Shown piece after piece: positions 19,048 through 30,683 of a DNA stretch of 64,000 bases. The number at the start of each line of letters is the position of its first letter. Position 1 is the stretch's first letter. Below the pieces are notes generated by a model. It had not been told where the DNA came from. It saw only the letters and a program-made list of their open reading frames with translations, and searched no databases. The DNA is from Deltaproteobacteria bacterium (lineage in GTDB: Bacteria > Myxococcota > Kuafuiibacteriia > Kuafuiibacteriales > Kuafuiibacteriaceae). Position numbers and translations under genes: made by a program. The stretch lies in NCBI GenBank assembly GCA_040218735.1, contig JAVJQW010000012.1:256001-320000 (forward strand), written 5' to 3'.

Positions 19048-20263
19048 ATGACCATCACCGTCGACAACTACCACGCCCACGACGTCCACGAGCCGCAGCA
19101 CGATGACGACCCGATCGTCGTCGACACCCCCGAAGCGCCGACGCCGTGGGAGCCGGACTTCGTGCCCGTCCCGCAGGCCTTCCTCGTCGGGCGCGCCGAG
19201 CCCGGGCCGCCGGTCGGCCTCCTCGCCGAGAGCGCCGAGAACCCGCCGCCGCCCGGCGAGCTGGAAGGAACGACCCGCGTCACCGAGACGGCCGTCGAAC
19301 ACTTCGACGACTGGGACGCCAACGGCGATGGCCGCCTCAGCAAGGACGAGCTCGAGAGCGCGATGGCCGATCCGACCTACACGGACGAGGCGGCCGCCAC
19401 CCTCGTCGCGCTCTACCGCGCGTTCGACGATCTGAAGAAGGCGAGCAACGACCAGTGGGGCCCGGAGACCGGCGTCTCCCGCAGCGACCTCGCCGCGCTC
19501 GAAGCCGCGCAGGCGGCGGAGCAGGACATCGGCTTCGCGCACTACTGGTACGACGACGCCCTCGCGACCATCGACGGGACGATCGACGACGTCTTCGCAC
19601 CCGGCGGCCCCGACGGCCTGGCGCTAACGCAGGGCGGCTACGGAAACTGCTTCTTCCACGCGGGCCTCGCCGGACTCGCCGAATCACGCCCCGACGTCAT
19701 CGTGGACATGATCGAGGAAAACGAAGACGGCACGTACACCGTCACGTTCCCCGGACGGCGAACCCATCACCATCGATGCGCCGACCGACGCCGAGATCGC
19801 GATGGGCGGCGGCGCGGGCGCCAACGGGCTCTGGGTGGCGATCCTCGAGAAGGCGTACCTCGAAGATCGCGGCTGGGCCTCGGAGCTCGGCACCGCGGGG
19901 ACCGGCGTCAGCTACGTCACCGGCAACGCGTCGTCCTTCCACGTCGTCCCGTGGATGAGCGAAGACACCCTCGTCGAGAGCCTCGAAGAGACGCTCGCCG
20001 ACGGCGGCGTCATCGTCGCGGGCGTGGGCGGCGGCCCCTTCGGCACCGACGAGATCCCCGACCAACACGCCTACACCGTGCTGGGTTACGACGCGGAGAC
20101 CGGCCTCATCACGCTGCGCAACCCGTGGGGCCGCACCGAGACGACCGACGACGACGGCCAACCGCTCGACGGCGTCGACGACGGCGTCTTCACCGTCACC
20201 GTCGAGGAGTTCATGGAGCTGTTCGACACCGTCGCGTTCGAGAACGTCCCGGACGAGGAGTGA
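19048..20263 (+). pseudogene. EF-hand plus calpain-like (C2) cysteine protease, interrupted by a one-base frameshift near 19750
   Basis: EF-hand DANGDGRLSKDE and QGGYGNCFF (catalytic Cys) lie in the frame of ORF 19027. WVAILEKAY, HAYTVLG (His) and LRNPWG (Asn) lie in the frame of ORF 19802. Deleting one C from TTCCCCGG (19747-19754) joins them as TFPDGEPITID. Confidence 0.85.
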
Positions 20264-23200
20264 TCAACGACGGCGGCGCAACAGAGCGAGGCCCAGCAAC
20301 ACGACGAACGAAACGAACGCACCGCCGCGCGGGCCGCGCTCCGACTGGCAGCTGCAGCCGCCGTCCGCTTCGACCGTCTGGACGACGTGCACCGCGAGCG
20401 GCGCGCGCGCCTTGGCGCCGTTGCCGTCGGTGGCCTCGGCGATGAATGCCGCGGAGCCGACCGTCGTGGGCGTTCCACTCAGTAGACCCTCGGCCGACAG
20501 CGTGATGCCCTCGGGGAGGTCGCCGGAGAGGATCGCCCAGCTGTACGGCGGGCGCCCGCCCTGCGCGCGGAGCGTAGCTTCGTAGGCAACGCCGACCGTG
20601 GCGTCGCCGAGCGTCGTCGTCGAGACACGCACGCCGCCCTCGGCCGTGACCTCCAGCGTAAAGCCGGACGTGTCGACGCGACCCTCGGCGTCCGCGACCT
20701 GCACCACGAACGGGAACCGCCCCGCCGCCGGCGGCACGCCGCACAGCTCACCGTCCTCGGAGAGCTCGAGGCCCCCCGCGTCGCCGTCGACGATCGACCA
20801 GCGGTACGGCGTCACGCCGCCGGTCGCGAACATGCGCACTTCACACAGCTCGATCCCGATCATCGCCACGGGGAGCGGCGTCTGCGTGATGGCGACGCGA
20901 CGCTGCGGATCGATGATCGTGAGCAAGACGTCCGCGGTGGCGGTGTCCCCGGCGGCGTCCCGGACCTGCACCGTCAACGTCTCGTCGCCCGCGAGCTCCG
21001 GCGTCCCCGTGACCCGGCCGTCGGGGCGCACGGTGAGGCCGCCCGGCACGGAGCGCACCGACGTCCACGTGTACGGCTCGATACCGCCGACCGCGAGGAG
21101 CTGCGCGTCGTACTGCGCGCCGAGCGCCGCCGGAGGGAGCGAGCGCGACGCGACCATGACCTCGACCGTCGCCGCGCGCACCTGGAGCGTGAAGGACCGC
21201 TCCGCAACCGCCACGCCGCTCGCGACGCGCACCGTGAACGTGAACGCACCCTCGGTGGTCGCGGTCCCGGAGAGCAGCCCGCTGATCGCGTCGAGCTGCA
21301 GCCCCGGCGGCAGTGTCCCGCTCGCGATCGTCCAGTTGTGACCGACCGTTCCACCCACCGCGTACAGACCCGCCTCGTACGGGACGCCGAGCCGCGCGGC
21401 CGGGAGCGCCTCCGTGAAGATGGCGAGCGCCGCGGGGTAGATCGGGATCTGCACCGGCACCGACGCGTTGTTGTCGTAGTCGATCTCCTGGAGCGTGCGG
21501 GTGTGGTTCGGGACCAACGCCACGTAGTAGGTGCCGGCGGGCACCGTCGCGGGGATGTCGATCACGTCGATGCCGTAGTCCTGCGCCCCCTCCGCGAGAG
21601 AGCTCGTCGCCGTGCCGAGCAGGATGTCGGTGGCGTCGACCGTCGCGTCCGTCGAGGCGAAGTAGCCGTAGTCGAACGTCGGCGCGTCCGCGACGCCGAT
21701 GTTCTCGAGGAGGCGCGTCACCGCGAACGACTCCCCCGCCGCCGCGGCCGTCGCCGTGGTGATGATGCGCGCGGTCAGGTCCGGGACGAGGTTCGACACG
21801 AGCACCATCCCCGGGACGAGGATCGTGTTGTCGCCTTCCTCGGTCTCGGCGACGGCGTCGTCGAAGTCCACGATCACGCCGAGCTGGACGGCGCCGGTCG
21901 CGGTCCCCGCGGGGAGCACGATGTTGTCGGTGAACGTCGCCGTGGACAGCGCCGGAACCGTCACCGGCGACGAGACGAACACCTGCGTCCCGCTCGCGAG
22001 GATGCCGTTGCGCGTGATGTAGTACGCGTAGCGGAACGCGCCCGCGTCGGCTTCGTCGGTGTTGATGACGTCGAGGGTCACCGCGTAGGGGCGGCCGACG
22101 AACGCGACGGGCCCCGCCTGCTGGATGGCGGGCCGGAGGTTCGCGCCCAGCACTTCGAGTCGTGAGAAGTTCGAGCGCGCGTTGTTCGTCTCGCTGCGCT
22201 CGTCGATCAGGTTGTCCGGATCGACCTCGACGTAGACGTAGTAACGATCCGGCGGCGCCATGATCGGCGGCGTCGTGAACGTGATCGGGATGTCGCCGAT
22301 CCCGTTCGCCATCACCGTGGTGCGCCCCAGCTCGAAGTCGCTCGGCTCGATCGTCGAATCCTCGGTCGCCACGATCCGGTAGGTGAGCGGCCCCGTGTAC
22401 GGCGAGCCGTCGATCGAGAGCGTCGCGTCCACGGTGATCGTCTCCCCCGGCGAGACCGTACGGGGGTCGAAGCTCGGGCTCGGGGTCGTCACGAAGATGT
22501 CCGGCCCGCTCTCCACCTCGTCGTCGTCCGCGAGCACGTTGTCATTCTCGTTGGCCTCCACGATCACCGCGCCCGGATCCACCTGCGCGATGACGTAGTG
22601 ATCGACGGGCGGCACCGCCGGGAAACCGGGCGTGCGGGTATCGTCGAGCGACGGCTGACCGGTGAGGTTCACGGTGTACGTCCCGAGGAGGACGTCGCTC
22701 GCGTCGAGGGTCTGGTCCGTCGACAGCAGCAGACGATAGCTGAGCGCTCCGGAGTAGGGGGCGCCGACGGAGCCGAGGCTCGTCGTCACCGAGAAGGGCT
22801 GGCCGACCGTCGCCTCCGCGTCGGCGTCGATGTCGAGCACCGTAAAGTTCGGTCCGGCGGCGAAGGTGTCGACGCCGACGAAGCGGTTGTCGAAGTCGCG
22901 GATCTCCGGGATCACGTTCGCGGGATCCAGCGTAAACAGCGGGTACCACTGCCCCGGGGCGAGCTGGGGCAGCGTGATGGTGACGTCCACCGACTCGGAC
23001 GCGACGCCGTTCAGCGTGACGGTCGTGTTGCCGAGCAGCGGATCGTTCACGTCGAAGATCGGGTCGACGGAGGCCTGCACGCGGACCGCGAGCGGCCCGG
23101 CGTACGCGACGCCCGCGTTGTCGATCGCGAGGGAGAAGGTCATCGGCGCACCGGCCGTTCCGCCGGGCGGCACGACCACGGACGACGCCGAGAAGTCGGG

Positions 23201-24622
23201 CCCGCTCGGGAAGGTCGCCGCGCCGATGAAGACGCCGTTGGTCTCGTCGTACTCGACGACCTGGTTCAGCGGGTCGACGATCGCGACGCCGTAGTAGTCC
23301 CCCGGCGGCAGCGCGGGGACGGTGATCGCGAGAGGGAACATCTCACTCGGCGCGCCGGTGGCGTTGACCGTGAACGTGTCGAGGAGCGGGTCCTGCGCGG
23401 GGACGTAGTTGGTGTCGGTGCTCGCGCGCAGCTCGATCCCGACGGGGCCTGCGTAGGGCACACCGAGGTTCTCGAGCTCGACGGTGAAGTTGATCGTGTC
23501 GCCGGGGTTGCCACCCGTCGCCGCGACGACGGACGCGGCGGTCAGCTCGTACGCGGTGGCGAAGCGATCCGCGGCCACCGCGACGTTGTTGTTCTCCTCG
23601 GCCTCCGCGACGCCGTCGTTCGAGTCGACCGCGAGCATCAAGTAGTAGTTCCCGGGCGCCGTGCCGCCGGGGACGGTGACCGTCGCGGTGAGCGTCGCGG
23701 AGCCCCCGGCGACGATGCTCGGGACGACGAAGCTGCCGACGTCGATGTCCTGTGCGTCGCGCACGGTGTCGTTGGAGAGGTAGAGCGTCGAGGTGACGTT
23801 GGCGACGTCCTGCGTGCCGACGTTTTCCAGCGTCACCGACCCCATCGCCGTGCCGCCCGGGAGGGCGCCGCGCGGGAACCCGCCCACCGCGCCGAACAGC
23901 TCCGGTCCGAGCGCTTGTTCGACGGAGACCATGCGGTTGTGGAGGCTCGTGTAGTCGGGGACGTTGCAGTACGGGGAGGCGGTGGCGCACGGGCGGAAGG
24001 CGTCGTTCGGCTCGCCGTCGTTGTTGGGGCCTTCGTAGCCGACGGTCGCGCTGTAGTTTTCGAGCGGTGTCGCGAGGCCGCCGTAGTGGACCTCGAAGCG
24101 ACCGCTCGCCCCCTCGTAGAGCCGGACCTGCAGGGCGATGTCGGCTTGGCCGCTGAACGCGTAGTGCTCGAGGTCGCGCACCTCGACGACGAAGACGCGG
24201 TTCGGCGCGGCGCCGACGACGCCGTAGTCGGCGTAGCCGGACGTGCCGGGGAGGATCATGTCGTCCCACCACATGTAGATCGTGTTGTTGCGGCTCGACG
24301 CGGAGTTGATCGCGTAGTTCGTGTAGCTCGGTGCGTTGGTGCCGAAGTGCAGGAAGCCGTTCACGCCGATGCGCGCCTCGGTCATGGGTTGGCCGAGGTA
24401 GTTGAAGGTGAACGGGAGGGTCAGCGTCTCGACGCCCTCGTCGCGCGACGAGAAGGTGATGGGGGTGACGTTCTGGATGCCGGGTATCGTGTCGATCGGC
24501 GTGAAGACACTCGCCTGCTCCGCCGTGAGGAACACCTGCGCCGAGGCGGATCCCAGCGGCGCCGACGCGCCGAGTGTGATGAGTAGCGCCGAGAGCGCCC
24601 GTCGATTCCCCACGGAATTCAC
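20264..24622 (-). CDS. Large cell-surface protein with CARDB and putative Ig (He_PIG) repeats and a MYXO-CTERM sorting motif
   Basis: Signal peptide; repeated VDPxNxIxExxExNN; LPPGLQLDAISGLLSGT-type repeats; C-terminus GGCSCQS...LLGLALLRRRR. Confidence 0.9.
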   Translation of the reverse strand: MNSVGNRRALSALLITLGASAPLGSASAQVFLTAEQASVFTPIDTIPGIQNVTPITFSSRDEGVETLTLPFTFNYLGQPMTEARIGVNGFLHFGTNAPSYTNYAINSASSRNNTIYMWWDDMILPGTSGYADYGVVGAAPNRVFVVEVRDLEHYAFSGQADIALQVRLYEGASGRFEVHYGGLATPLENYSATVGYEGPNNDGEPNDAFRPCATASPYCNVPDYTSLHNRMVSVEQALGPELFGAVGGFPRGALPGGTAMGSVTLENVGTQDVANVTSTLYLSNDTVRDAQDIDVGSFVVPSIVAGGSATLTATVTVPGGTAPGNYYLMLAVDSNDGVAEAEENNNVAVAADRFATAYELTAASVVAATGGNPGDTINFTVELENLGVPYAGPVGIELRASTDTNYVPAQDPLLDTFTVNATGAPSEMFPLAITVPALPPGDYYGVAIVDPLNQVVEYDETNGVFIGAATFPSGPDFSASSVVVPPGGTAGAPMTFSLAIDNAGVAYAGPLAVRVQASVDPIFDVNDPLLGNTTVTLNGVASESVDVTITLPQLAPGQWYPLFTLDPANVIPEIRDFDNRFVGVDTFAAGPNFTVLDIDADAEATVGQPFSVTTSLGSVGAPYSGALSYRLLLSTDQTLDASDVLLGTYTVNLTGQPSLDDTRTPGFPAVPPVDHYVIAQVDPGAVIVEANENDNVLADDDEVESGPDIFVTTPSPSFDPRTVSPGETITVDATLSIDGSPYTGPLTYRIVATEDSTIEPSDFELGRTTVMANGIGDIPITFTTPPIMAPPDRYYVYVEVDPDNLIDERSETNNARSNFSRLEVLGANLRPAIQQAGPVAFVGRPYAVTLDVINTDEADAGAFRYAYYITRNGILASGTQVFVSSPVTVPALSTATFTDNIVLPAGTATGAVQLGVIVDFDDAVAETEEGDNTILVPGMVLVSNLVPDLTARIITTATAAAAGESFAVTRLLENIGVADAPTFDYGYFASTDATVDATDILLGTATSSLAEGAQDYGIDVIDIPATVPAGTYYVALVPNHTRTLQEIDYDNNASVPVQIPIYPAALAIFTEALPAARLGVPYEAGLYAVGGTVGHNWTIASGTLPPGLQLDAISGLLSGTATTEGAFTFTVRVASGVAVAERSFTLQVRAATVEVMVASRSLPPAALGAQYDAQLLAVGGIEPYTWTSVRSVPGGLTVRPDGRVTGTPELAGDETLTVQVRDAAGDTATADVLLTIIDPQRRVAITQTPLPVAMIGIELCEVRMFATGGVTPYRWSIVDGDAGGLELSEDGELCGVPPAAGRFPFVVQVADAEGRVDTSGFTLEVTAEGGVRVSTTTLGDATVGVAYEATLRAQGGRPPYSWAILSGDLPEGITLSAEGLLSGTPTTVGSAAFIAEATDGNGAKARAPLAVHVVQTVEADGGCSCQSERGPRGGAFVSFVVLLGLALLRRRR

Positions 24623-24667
24623 ACTAGCGCAGGCACCCGACAGGCCTCCAGCGCGTTCGACCGTGAT

Positions 24668-25192
24668 TCAGCTGGCCGGTGCGGGCTCGACCGGTCGGTC
24701 CACCTCGCGGGCCCGGACGATTCGAATGAGCTCGAAGGTCCCGGGCGCCTCCACGAGGTCGGCCCAGCGCGCCGATTCCGCCTCCAAGAGGGCGGCGTCG
24801 GCCGTCTTGAGGACGTCGTCCACGCCGCTGAGGAACTGGAGCGACTCCTCCCAGCCCGGGTTGTGGCCGAGGAGGAGCAGGGTCTGCACTTCGTCGTTGG
24901 CCTCGCGGAGCGCGTTCACGACGTCTTCGGGGCGCGCGCGATAGAGCGCCCGCTCGAAGGCCACCACGGGGGCGGCGTCGACGGCGCCGCACAACAGCTC
25001 GGCGGTGGATCGGGTGCGCTGCGAGTCGGAGGCGACGATGCAGTCCGGGACCCACCCGAGCTCCTGCAGGTGGCGGCCGACCGCCGGCGCAGCGCGACGT
25101 CCGCGTTTGTTGAGCGGGCGCGCGTGGTCGTTCGGCGCGTCCGACTTCCAGGAGCTCTTCGCGTGACGCATGAGGATGAGGCGACGTCGCAT
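24668..25192 (-). CDS. sixA: Phosphohistidine phosphatase, SixA family
   Basis: LILMRHAKSSW, DHARPLNKRG, SDSQRTRST, LLGHNPG. Confidence 0.88.
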   Translation of the reverse strand: MRRRLILMRHAKSSWKSDAPNDHARPLNKRGRRAAPAVGRHLQELGWVPDCIVASDSQRTRSTAELLCGAVDAAPVVAFERALYRARPEDVVNALREANDEVQTLLLLGHNPGWEESLQFLSGVDDVLKTADAALLEAESARWADLVEAPGTFELIRIVRAREVDRPVEPAPAS

Positions 25193-25239
25193 GGGCGAGT
25201 CGGAGCGTATCACCAAGTGCGTTAGGATCGCGCCCGACC

Positions 25240-26400
25240 GTGGGGAGCCAACCCGTCATCGCCGGCACGCCGGTGTGCCCGGCGTGTGAGCGGGCACGGG
25301 ACGTCGGCGCCCAGGAGTGCCCCTTCTGCGGCGTCGTCTACGCGCGGTACCGGCCGCGCCTGCCCGAGTCGGCGCTCGAGCCCGTCGAGGAGGCCCCGAC
25401 GCCGAACGTCGCGCGGATCCGTCTGTCCCTCGCCGAGAGCGAGCGTTTCTTCACCTGCGCGGCGCAGGCGCTCGAGGCTGGACTGTCGTTGTCGCAATTC
25501 GTCGATGGCCCAGCGCTCGGCGGGTTCCCGGCGCCGCTCCGCGGGCACCTGAAGTCGTCGCTCGACGCTGGGTCCACGTTCTCGGACGCGCTCGCCGAAG
25601 CGCAGATCACCTCGCGGGCGGACACCGCGCTGCTCGCGGCTGGTGAGACGCAGGGCAAGCTGGCCGGCGCGTTGACCACCCTCGCGATGCGGTACGAGGC
25701 GACGCGCAACGCGCGGCGTCGGATGTTGATGCTCCTGCTCTACCCGACGGTGTTGTTCGTCGCGTCGAACGTGATCCTCCCGCTCCCGACCGCCGTGACG
25801 GAGGGCGTCGGCGCGTACCTCGCGACGGCCGTCCCGCCGGTGCTCGCGGTCGCGTTGATCTACGTGTTCGCGGCGTTCGTGATCCCGCGGCTCTCGCCGC
25901 GCGCGCTCGCGCCGGTGCGGGATGCGCTGGGGTACGTGCCGCCGATCTCGTTCATCCTCGTCGCGCGGGCGCGCGCGACGTTCGCCGAGACCCTCGCCGC
26001 CGGCGTGTCGGCGGGCCTCTCGATGCGACTCGCCGTACAGCTCGCGGCGGACGCGGCGGGGCACAAGAGGATCACCCCCCAGGCGGACGACGTCGTGTCG
26101 GCGCTCGAAAACGGTTCGTCGCTCGCGGACGCGCTGCGTGCGACCGGCTTCTACGCCGAGACGGACCTCGCGCTGATCGGCCACGGGGAGATCGTCGGCA
26201 AGCTCGACGAGGTGCTCCCGCGCGTGCAGGCGGAACACGCTCGGAAGGCGCGCGCGCTGACGACCGCGGTGATCATCGGGGCGAGCGTCGTGGTCCTGAC
26301 CGCGGTGGTCGTGACGATCGCGATCGCGATCATCGACGGGTTCTCGGCGTACTTCGGAGCGATGAACAACAGCATCGACGGCCTGTTCCAGGAGCTATGA
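25240..26400 (+). CDS. Type II secretion F / PilC-family platform protein with an N-terminal zinc ribbon
   Basis: CPAC...CPFCGVVY; two GspF repeats (AAGETQGKL...LLYP; GHGEIVGKLDEVL). Confidence 0.85.
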   Translation: MGSQPVIAGTPVCPACERARDVGAQECPFCGVVYARYRPRLPESALEPVEEAPTPNVARIRLSLAESERFFTCAAQALEAGLSLSQFVDGPALGGFPAPLRGHLKSSLDAGSTFSDALAEAQITSRADTALLAAGETQGKLAGALTTLAMRYEATRNARRRMLMLLLYPTVLFVASNVILPLPTAVTEGVGAYLATAVPPVLAVALIYVFAAFVIPRLSPRALAPVRDALGYVPPISFILVARARATFAETLAAGVSAGLSMRLAVQLAADAAGHKRITPQADDVVSALENGSSLADALRATGFYAETDLALIGHGEIVGKLDEVLPRVQAEHARKARALTTAVIIGASVVVLTAVVVTIAIAIIDGFSAYFGAMNNSIDGLFQEL

Positions 26401-27373
26401 ATCGCTTCGTCCCCACGCGCGCCCTCCCCTTCGGGCACCTGATGACGATCGCGAGCGCGCTCTCGGAGCACGTGCGTCGTCGGCCGAAGCTCCCCGAAGA
26501 GCGCAGGCGGTTTCGAACCGACGATGAGACGGAGGTGCTCGGCGTGTGTTCGTGGCACGACGACACCCCGCGCGGGACGGTGATCGTGCTGCACGGCCTC
26601 ACCGGCGACGGCGACGCGAGTTACATCGTGAACACCGCGCACAAACTCTACGCGCGCGGGTTCGACGTCGTTCGATTGAACGCGCGAAACTGCGGCGGCA
26701 CCGAGTCGTGGACGCCGACGCTCTACCACACGGGGCTGACCACGGACCTCGCGGCGGTCGTCGACACCTTGGTCGCGGAGGGGCGCGGGCCGCTCCACGC
26801 GATCGGCTTCTCGATGGGCGGCAACGTCGTCCTGAAGTACGCGGGCGAACGCGGGGAGGCGTCGTGTCTCGAGCGCGTCGTCGCGGTGTCGCCGCCGGTC
26901 GAGATCGCGCTCGCTTCGGCCGCAATCGATCGTGGGTTCCTCAACGGCATCTACCAGCGCGCGTTCCTCGACAGCCTCGCGGACCTCGTGCGGCGAAAGG
27001 CGAAGCTCTACCCGGGTCGCTACGACGTCGCCGGGCTGAAGGGCGCCACGTCGCTCAGGATCTTCGACGACCGGTACATCGCACCGTGCTTCGGCTTCGC
27101 GGACGCGGACGACTACTACTTCCGCGCGAGCGCCGGGCGGCACCTCGAAGGCATCCGCGCCCAGACCCTCGTGCTGCACGCGAGGGACGACAGCTTCGTG
27201 CCCGCGGCCCCGCTCGAGGAGTGGCGGCGCTGGGCGCCCGACCACGTGCACATCGAGATCACGGAGCACGGCGGCCACGTCGGCTTTGTGTCGCGGCGCG
27301 CGGCGCGGGTCGGTGACCCGGACGCGTTCTGGGCGGAGAATCGGGCGGTCGACTGGGTCGACGGGCGGGCCGG

Positions 27374-27392
<19 letters not shown>
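26397..27392 (+). CDS. Alpha/beta hydrolase, YheT family
   Basis: LHGLTG, NARNCGG, GFSMGGN, ARDDSFV, GGHVGF. Confidence 0.92.
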
Positions 27393-28165
<773 letters not shown>

Positions 28166-28207
28166 GAGCGGGGACCGAGAAGATGAGATTGGGTCCGGGA
28201 AGTAAAG

Positions 28208-28558
28208 CTAATCTCGGATGCGCTTCTTGATGTCCGGGACCGAGGAGGGGTCGTCCGCGCGCATGTAGCGCTTCTCGCCGTCCAGCGCCGTGACGTTCTC
28301 GTAGACGCCCTTCTCCCGGCGGACGAGCTTCGTGAACCCCATCTCCTTGAGCTTGCTGTTGCCAGCCGGCATCGACAGGCCCGGCGCGTAGAGGATGCGC
28401 TCCACCTCGGCCTCGGGGTCCGTGTCTTGGACCGGGACTTCCGCGCGCGCACACACCTCGCCCCAGGTCTTGAGGTCCTCCTTCATGGAGTGGGCGACCT
28501 CGACCGTCTCACCGTTGGCGGCGCAGTAGTACGCGTAGACCGGCATCAGCGCCCCCAT
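28208..28558 (-). CDS. FmdB-like zinc-ribbon small protein (degenerate)
   Basis: MPVYAYYC..G...EV.HSM...TWGEVC, MGFTKLVRREKGVYEN. Confidence 0.8.
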   Translation of the reverse strand: MGALMPVYAYYCAANGETVEVAHSMKEDLKTWGEVCARAEVPVQDTDPEAEVERILYAPGLSMPAGNSKLKEMGFTKLVRREKGVYENVTALDGEKRYMRADDPSSVPDIKKRIRD

Positions 28559-28631
28559 TCCCTCCGCTGGCCGTCCTCGCTGTCAAGGCCTGCGTTGACT
28601 CGGGTCCTCGCCCCGTGGTGCTCGATCCCGC

Positions 28632-30683
28632 ATGAGGTTCACACCCGCGCTGCTCGCCGTGTTCGTCACCCTCCCCCTCACCGCCCGCGCCGACGAGGGG
28701 ATGTGGCTCCTGAACGACTTCCCGACCGAGAAGACGAAGGCGCTCGGCTTCACGCCCGACCAGGCCTGGCTCGACGATGTCCGGCTCGCCTCGGTCCGCC
28801 TCGCGGGCGGGTGCTCGGCGAGCGTGGTCTCCGAGCAGGGCCTCGTCCTCACGAACCACCACTGCGCCGCGCGGTGTGTGGCGCAGCTGTCGACCAAGAA
28901 GAAGGACCTCGCCGCGAACGGCTTCTACGCGAAGCGGCCGCAGGACGAGAAGCAGTGCCCCGCAATGGAGCTCAACCAGCTCACGAACATCGAGAGCGTC
29001 ACGGCGCGCATCAACGGCGCGACGAAGGGGCTCGAGGGCGCCGCGTTCAAGGAGGCGCGCGACAAGGAGATCGCCGCGATCGAGAAGGCGTGCGCGACGA
29101 GCGACGCCGTGCGCTGCGACGTCGTCACGCTCTACCACGGCGGACGCTACGACCTGTACACGTACCGCCGGATGCAGGACGTCCGCCTGGTGTTCGCGCC
29201 GGAGGAGGACATCGCGTACTTCGGCGGCGACCCGGACAACTTCAACTTCCCCCGCTACAACCTCGACATGACGCTCCTCCGCATCTACGAGGACGGCAAA
29301 CCCGCGAAGACGCCAAATCACTTCCGCTGGTCGAAGGCCGGCTCCTCGGCGAACGACCTCGTGTTCGTGAGCGGCAACCCGGGGCGGACGAGCCGCGGCA
29401 ACACGGTCGCCGAGCTGGAGTACCTGCGCGACGTCTATCTCCCCGACCGCATCTTCTGGCTCGCCGAGCTGCGCGGTCAGCTCACGGTGTTCGCGCGCTC
29501 CAGCAAGGAGCACCACCGCATCTCGAAGACGGATCTGCTCTACGTGGAGAACGGGTACAAGGCGCTCAAGGGGCGGCTCGGCGCGCTGCTCGACAAGGAC
29601 TTCTTCGCGTCGAAGGTCGAAGCGGAGAAGAAGCTCCGCGCGAAGGTCGACGCGGACCCGAAGCTCGCCGCCTATCGCGGCGCGTGGACGGAGATCGACA
29701 AGGCGCTGCGCGTCGCGCGCAACCTGCGCACCGAGTACAACGCGAAGGAGGCGCGCGGGACCTTCGGCTCGTCGATGATGGGTCACGCGCGCACGCTCGT
29801 TCGGTGGGCGGCGGAGAAGGACAAGCCGAACGGCGAGCGGCTCCCCGAGTACACCGACTCGAAGCTCCCCGCGCTCAAGGCTCGGCTGCTCTCGAAGGCG
29901 CCGATCTACCCCGACCTCGAGGAGCTCAAGATCGCGCTGTACCTCACCAAGCTGCGCGAGGAGCTGGGCCCCGACGACCCCTTCGTGAAGAAGGTGCTCG
30001 GCAAGGACTCGCCGGAGAAGCTCGCGAAGAAGCTGGTGAAGTCGAAGCTGGTGCGCCCTGCGCTCCGGAAGAAGCTCTTCGAAGGCGGCGCCGCCGCGGT
30101 CGCGAAGTCGAAGGACCCGATGATCGTCCTCGCGCGTGTGATCGACGCCGACGGCCGCGCCGTGCGCGAGAAGTACGAGACGCAGGTCGAGTCGGTGATC
30201 GACAAGAACACCGAGCGGGTCGCAAACGCACGCTTCGCCGCGCTCGGCACGAGCACCTACCCGGACGCGACGTTCACGCTGCGTCTGTCCTACGGGCAGG
30301 TGAAGGGCTTCGACCACCACGGCGCGCCGGTGAAGCCGTACACGACGATCGCCGGGGCGTTCGGCCGCGCGACCGGCGAGGTGCCGTTCAAGCTCCCGAA
30401 GTCGTTCACCAAGAACAAGGGCAAGATCGACCTGTCGACGCCGATGAACCTCGTCACCACGAACGACATCATCGGCGGCAACTCGGGCTCACCGCTGTTC
30501 AACGCAAAGCGCGAGATCGTCGGGCTGATCTTCGACGGGAACATCTACTCGCTCGGCGGCGACTACGGGTTCGATCCCTCCGTGAACCGCGCCGTCGCGG
30601 TGGACAGCCGCTTCATGGTGGAGGCGCTGCGCAACGTGTACGGCGCAAAGCGCCTGCTCACCGAGCTCGGTCACACGCCGTAG
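28632..30683 (+). CDS. S46 family dipeptidyl peptidase
   Basis: ADEGMW, GGCSASVVS, TNHHC, FGGDPDNF, YPDATFTLRLSYG, DIIGGNSGSP. Confidence 0.95.
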   Translation: MRFTPALLAVFVTLPLTARADEGMWLLNDFPTEKTKALGFTPDQAWLDDVRLASVRLAGGCSASVVSEQGLVLTNHHCAARCVAQLSTKKKDLAANGFYAKRPQDEKQCPAMELNQLTNIESVTARINGATKGLEGAAFKEARDKEIAAIEKACATSDAVRCDVVTLYHGGRYDLYTYRRMQDVRLVFAPEEDIAYFGGDPDNFNFPRYNLDMTLLRIYEDGKPAKTPNHFRWSKAGSSANDLVFVSGNPGRTSRGNTVAELEYLRDVYLPDRIFWLAELRGQLTVFARSSKEHHRISKTDLLYVENGYKALKGRLGALLDKDFFASKVEAEKKLRAKVDADPKLAAYRGAWTEIDKALRVARNLRTEYNAKEARGTFGSSMMGHARTLVRWAAEKDKPNGERLPEYTDSKLPALKARLLSKAPIYPDLEELKIALYLTKLREELGPDDPFVKKVLGKDSPEKLAKKLVKSKLVRPALRKKLFEGGAAAVAKSKDPMIVLARVIDADGRAVREKYETQVESVIDKNTERVANARFAALGTSTYPDATFTLRLSYGQVKGFDHHGAPVKPYTTIAGAFGRATGEVPFKLPKSFTKNKGKIDLSTPMNLVTTNDIIGGNSGSPLFNAKREIVGLIFDGNIYSLGGDYGFDPSVNRAVAVDSRFMVEALRNVYGAKRLLTELGHTP

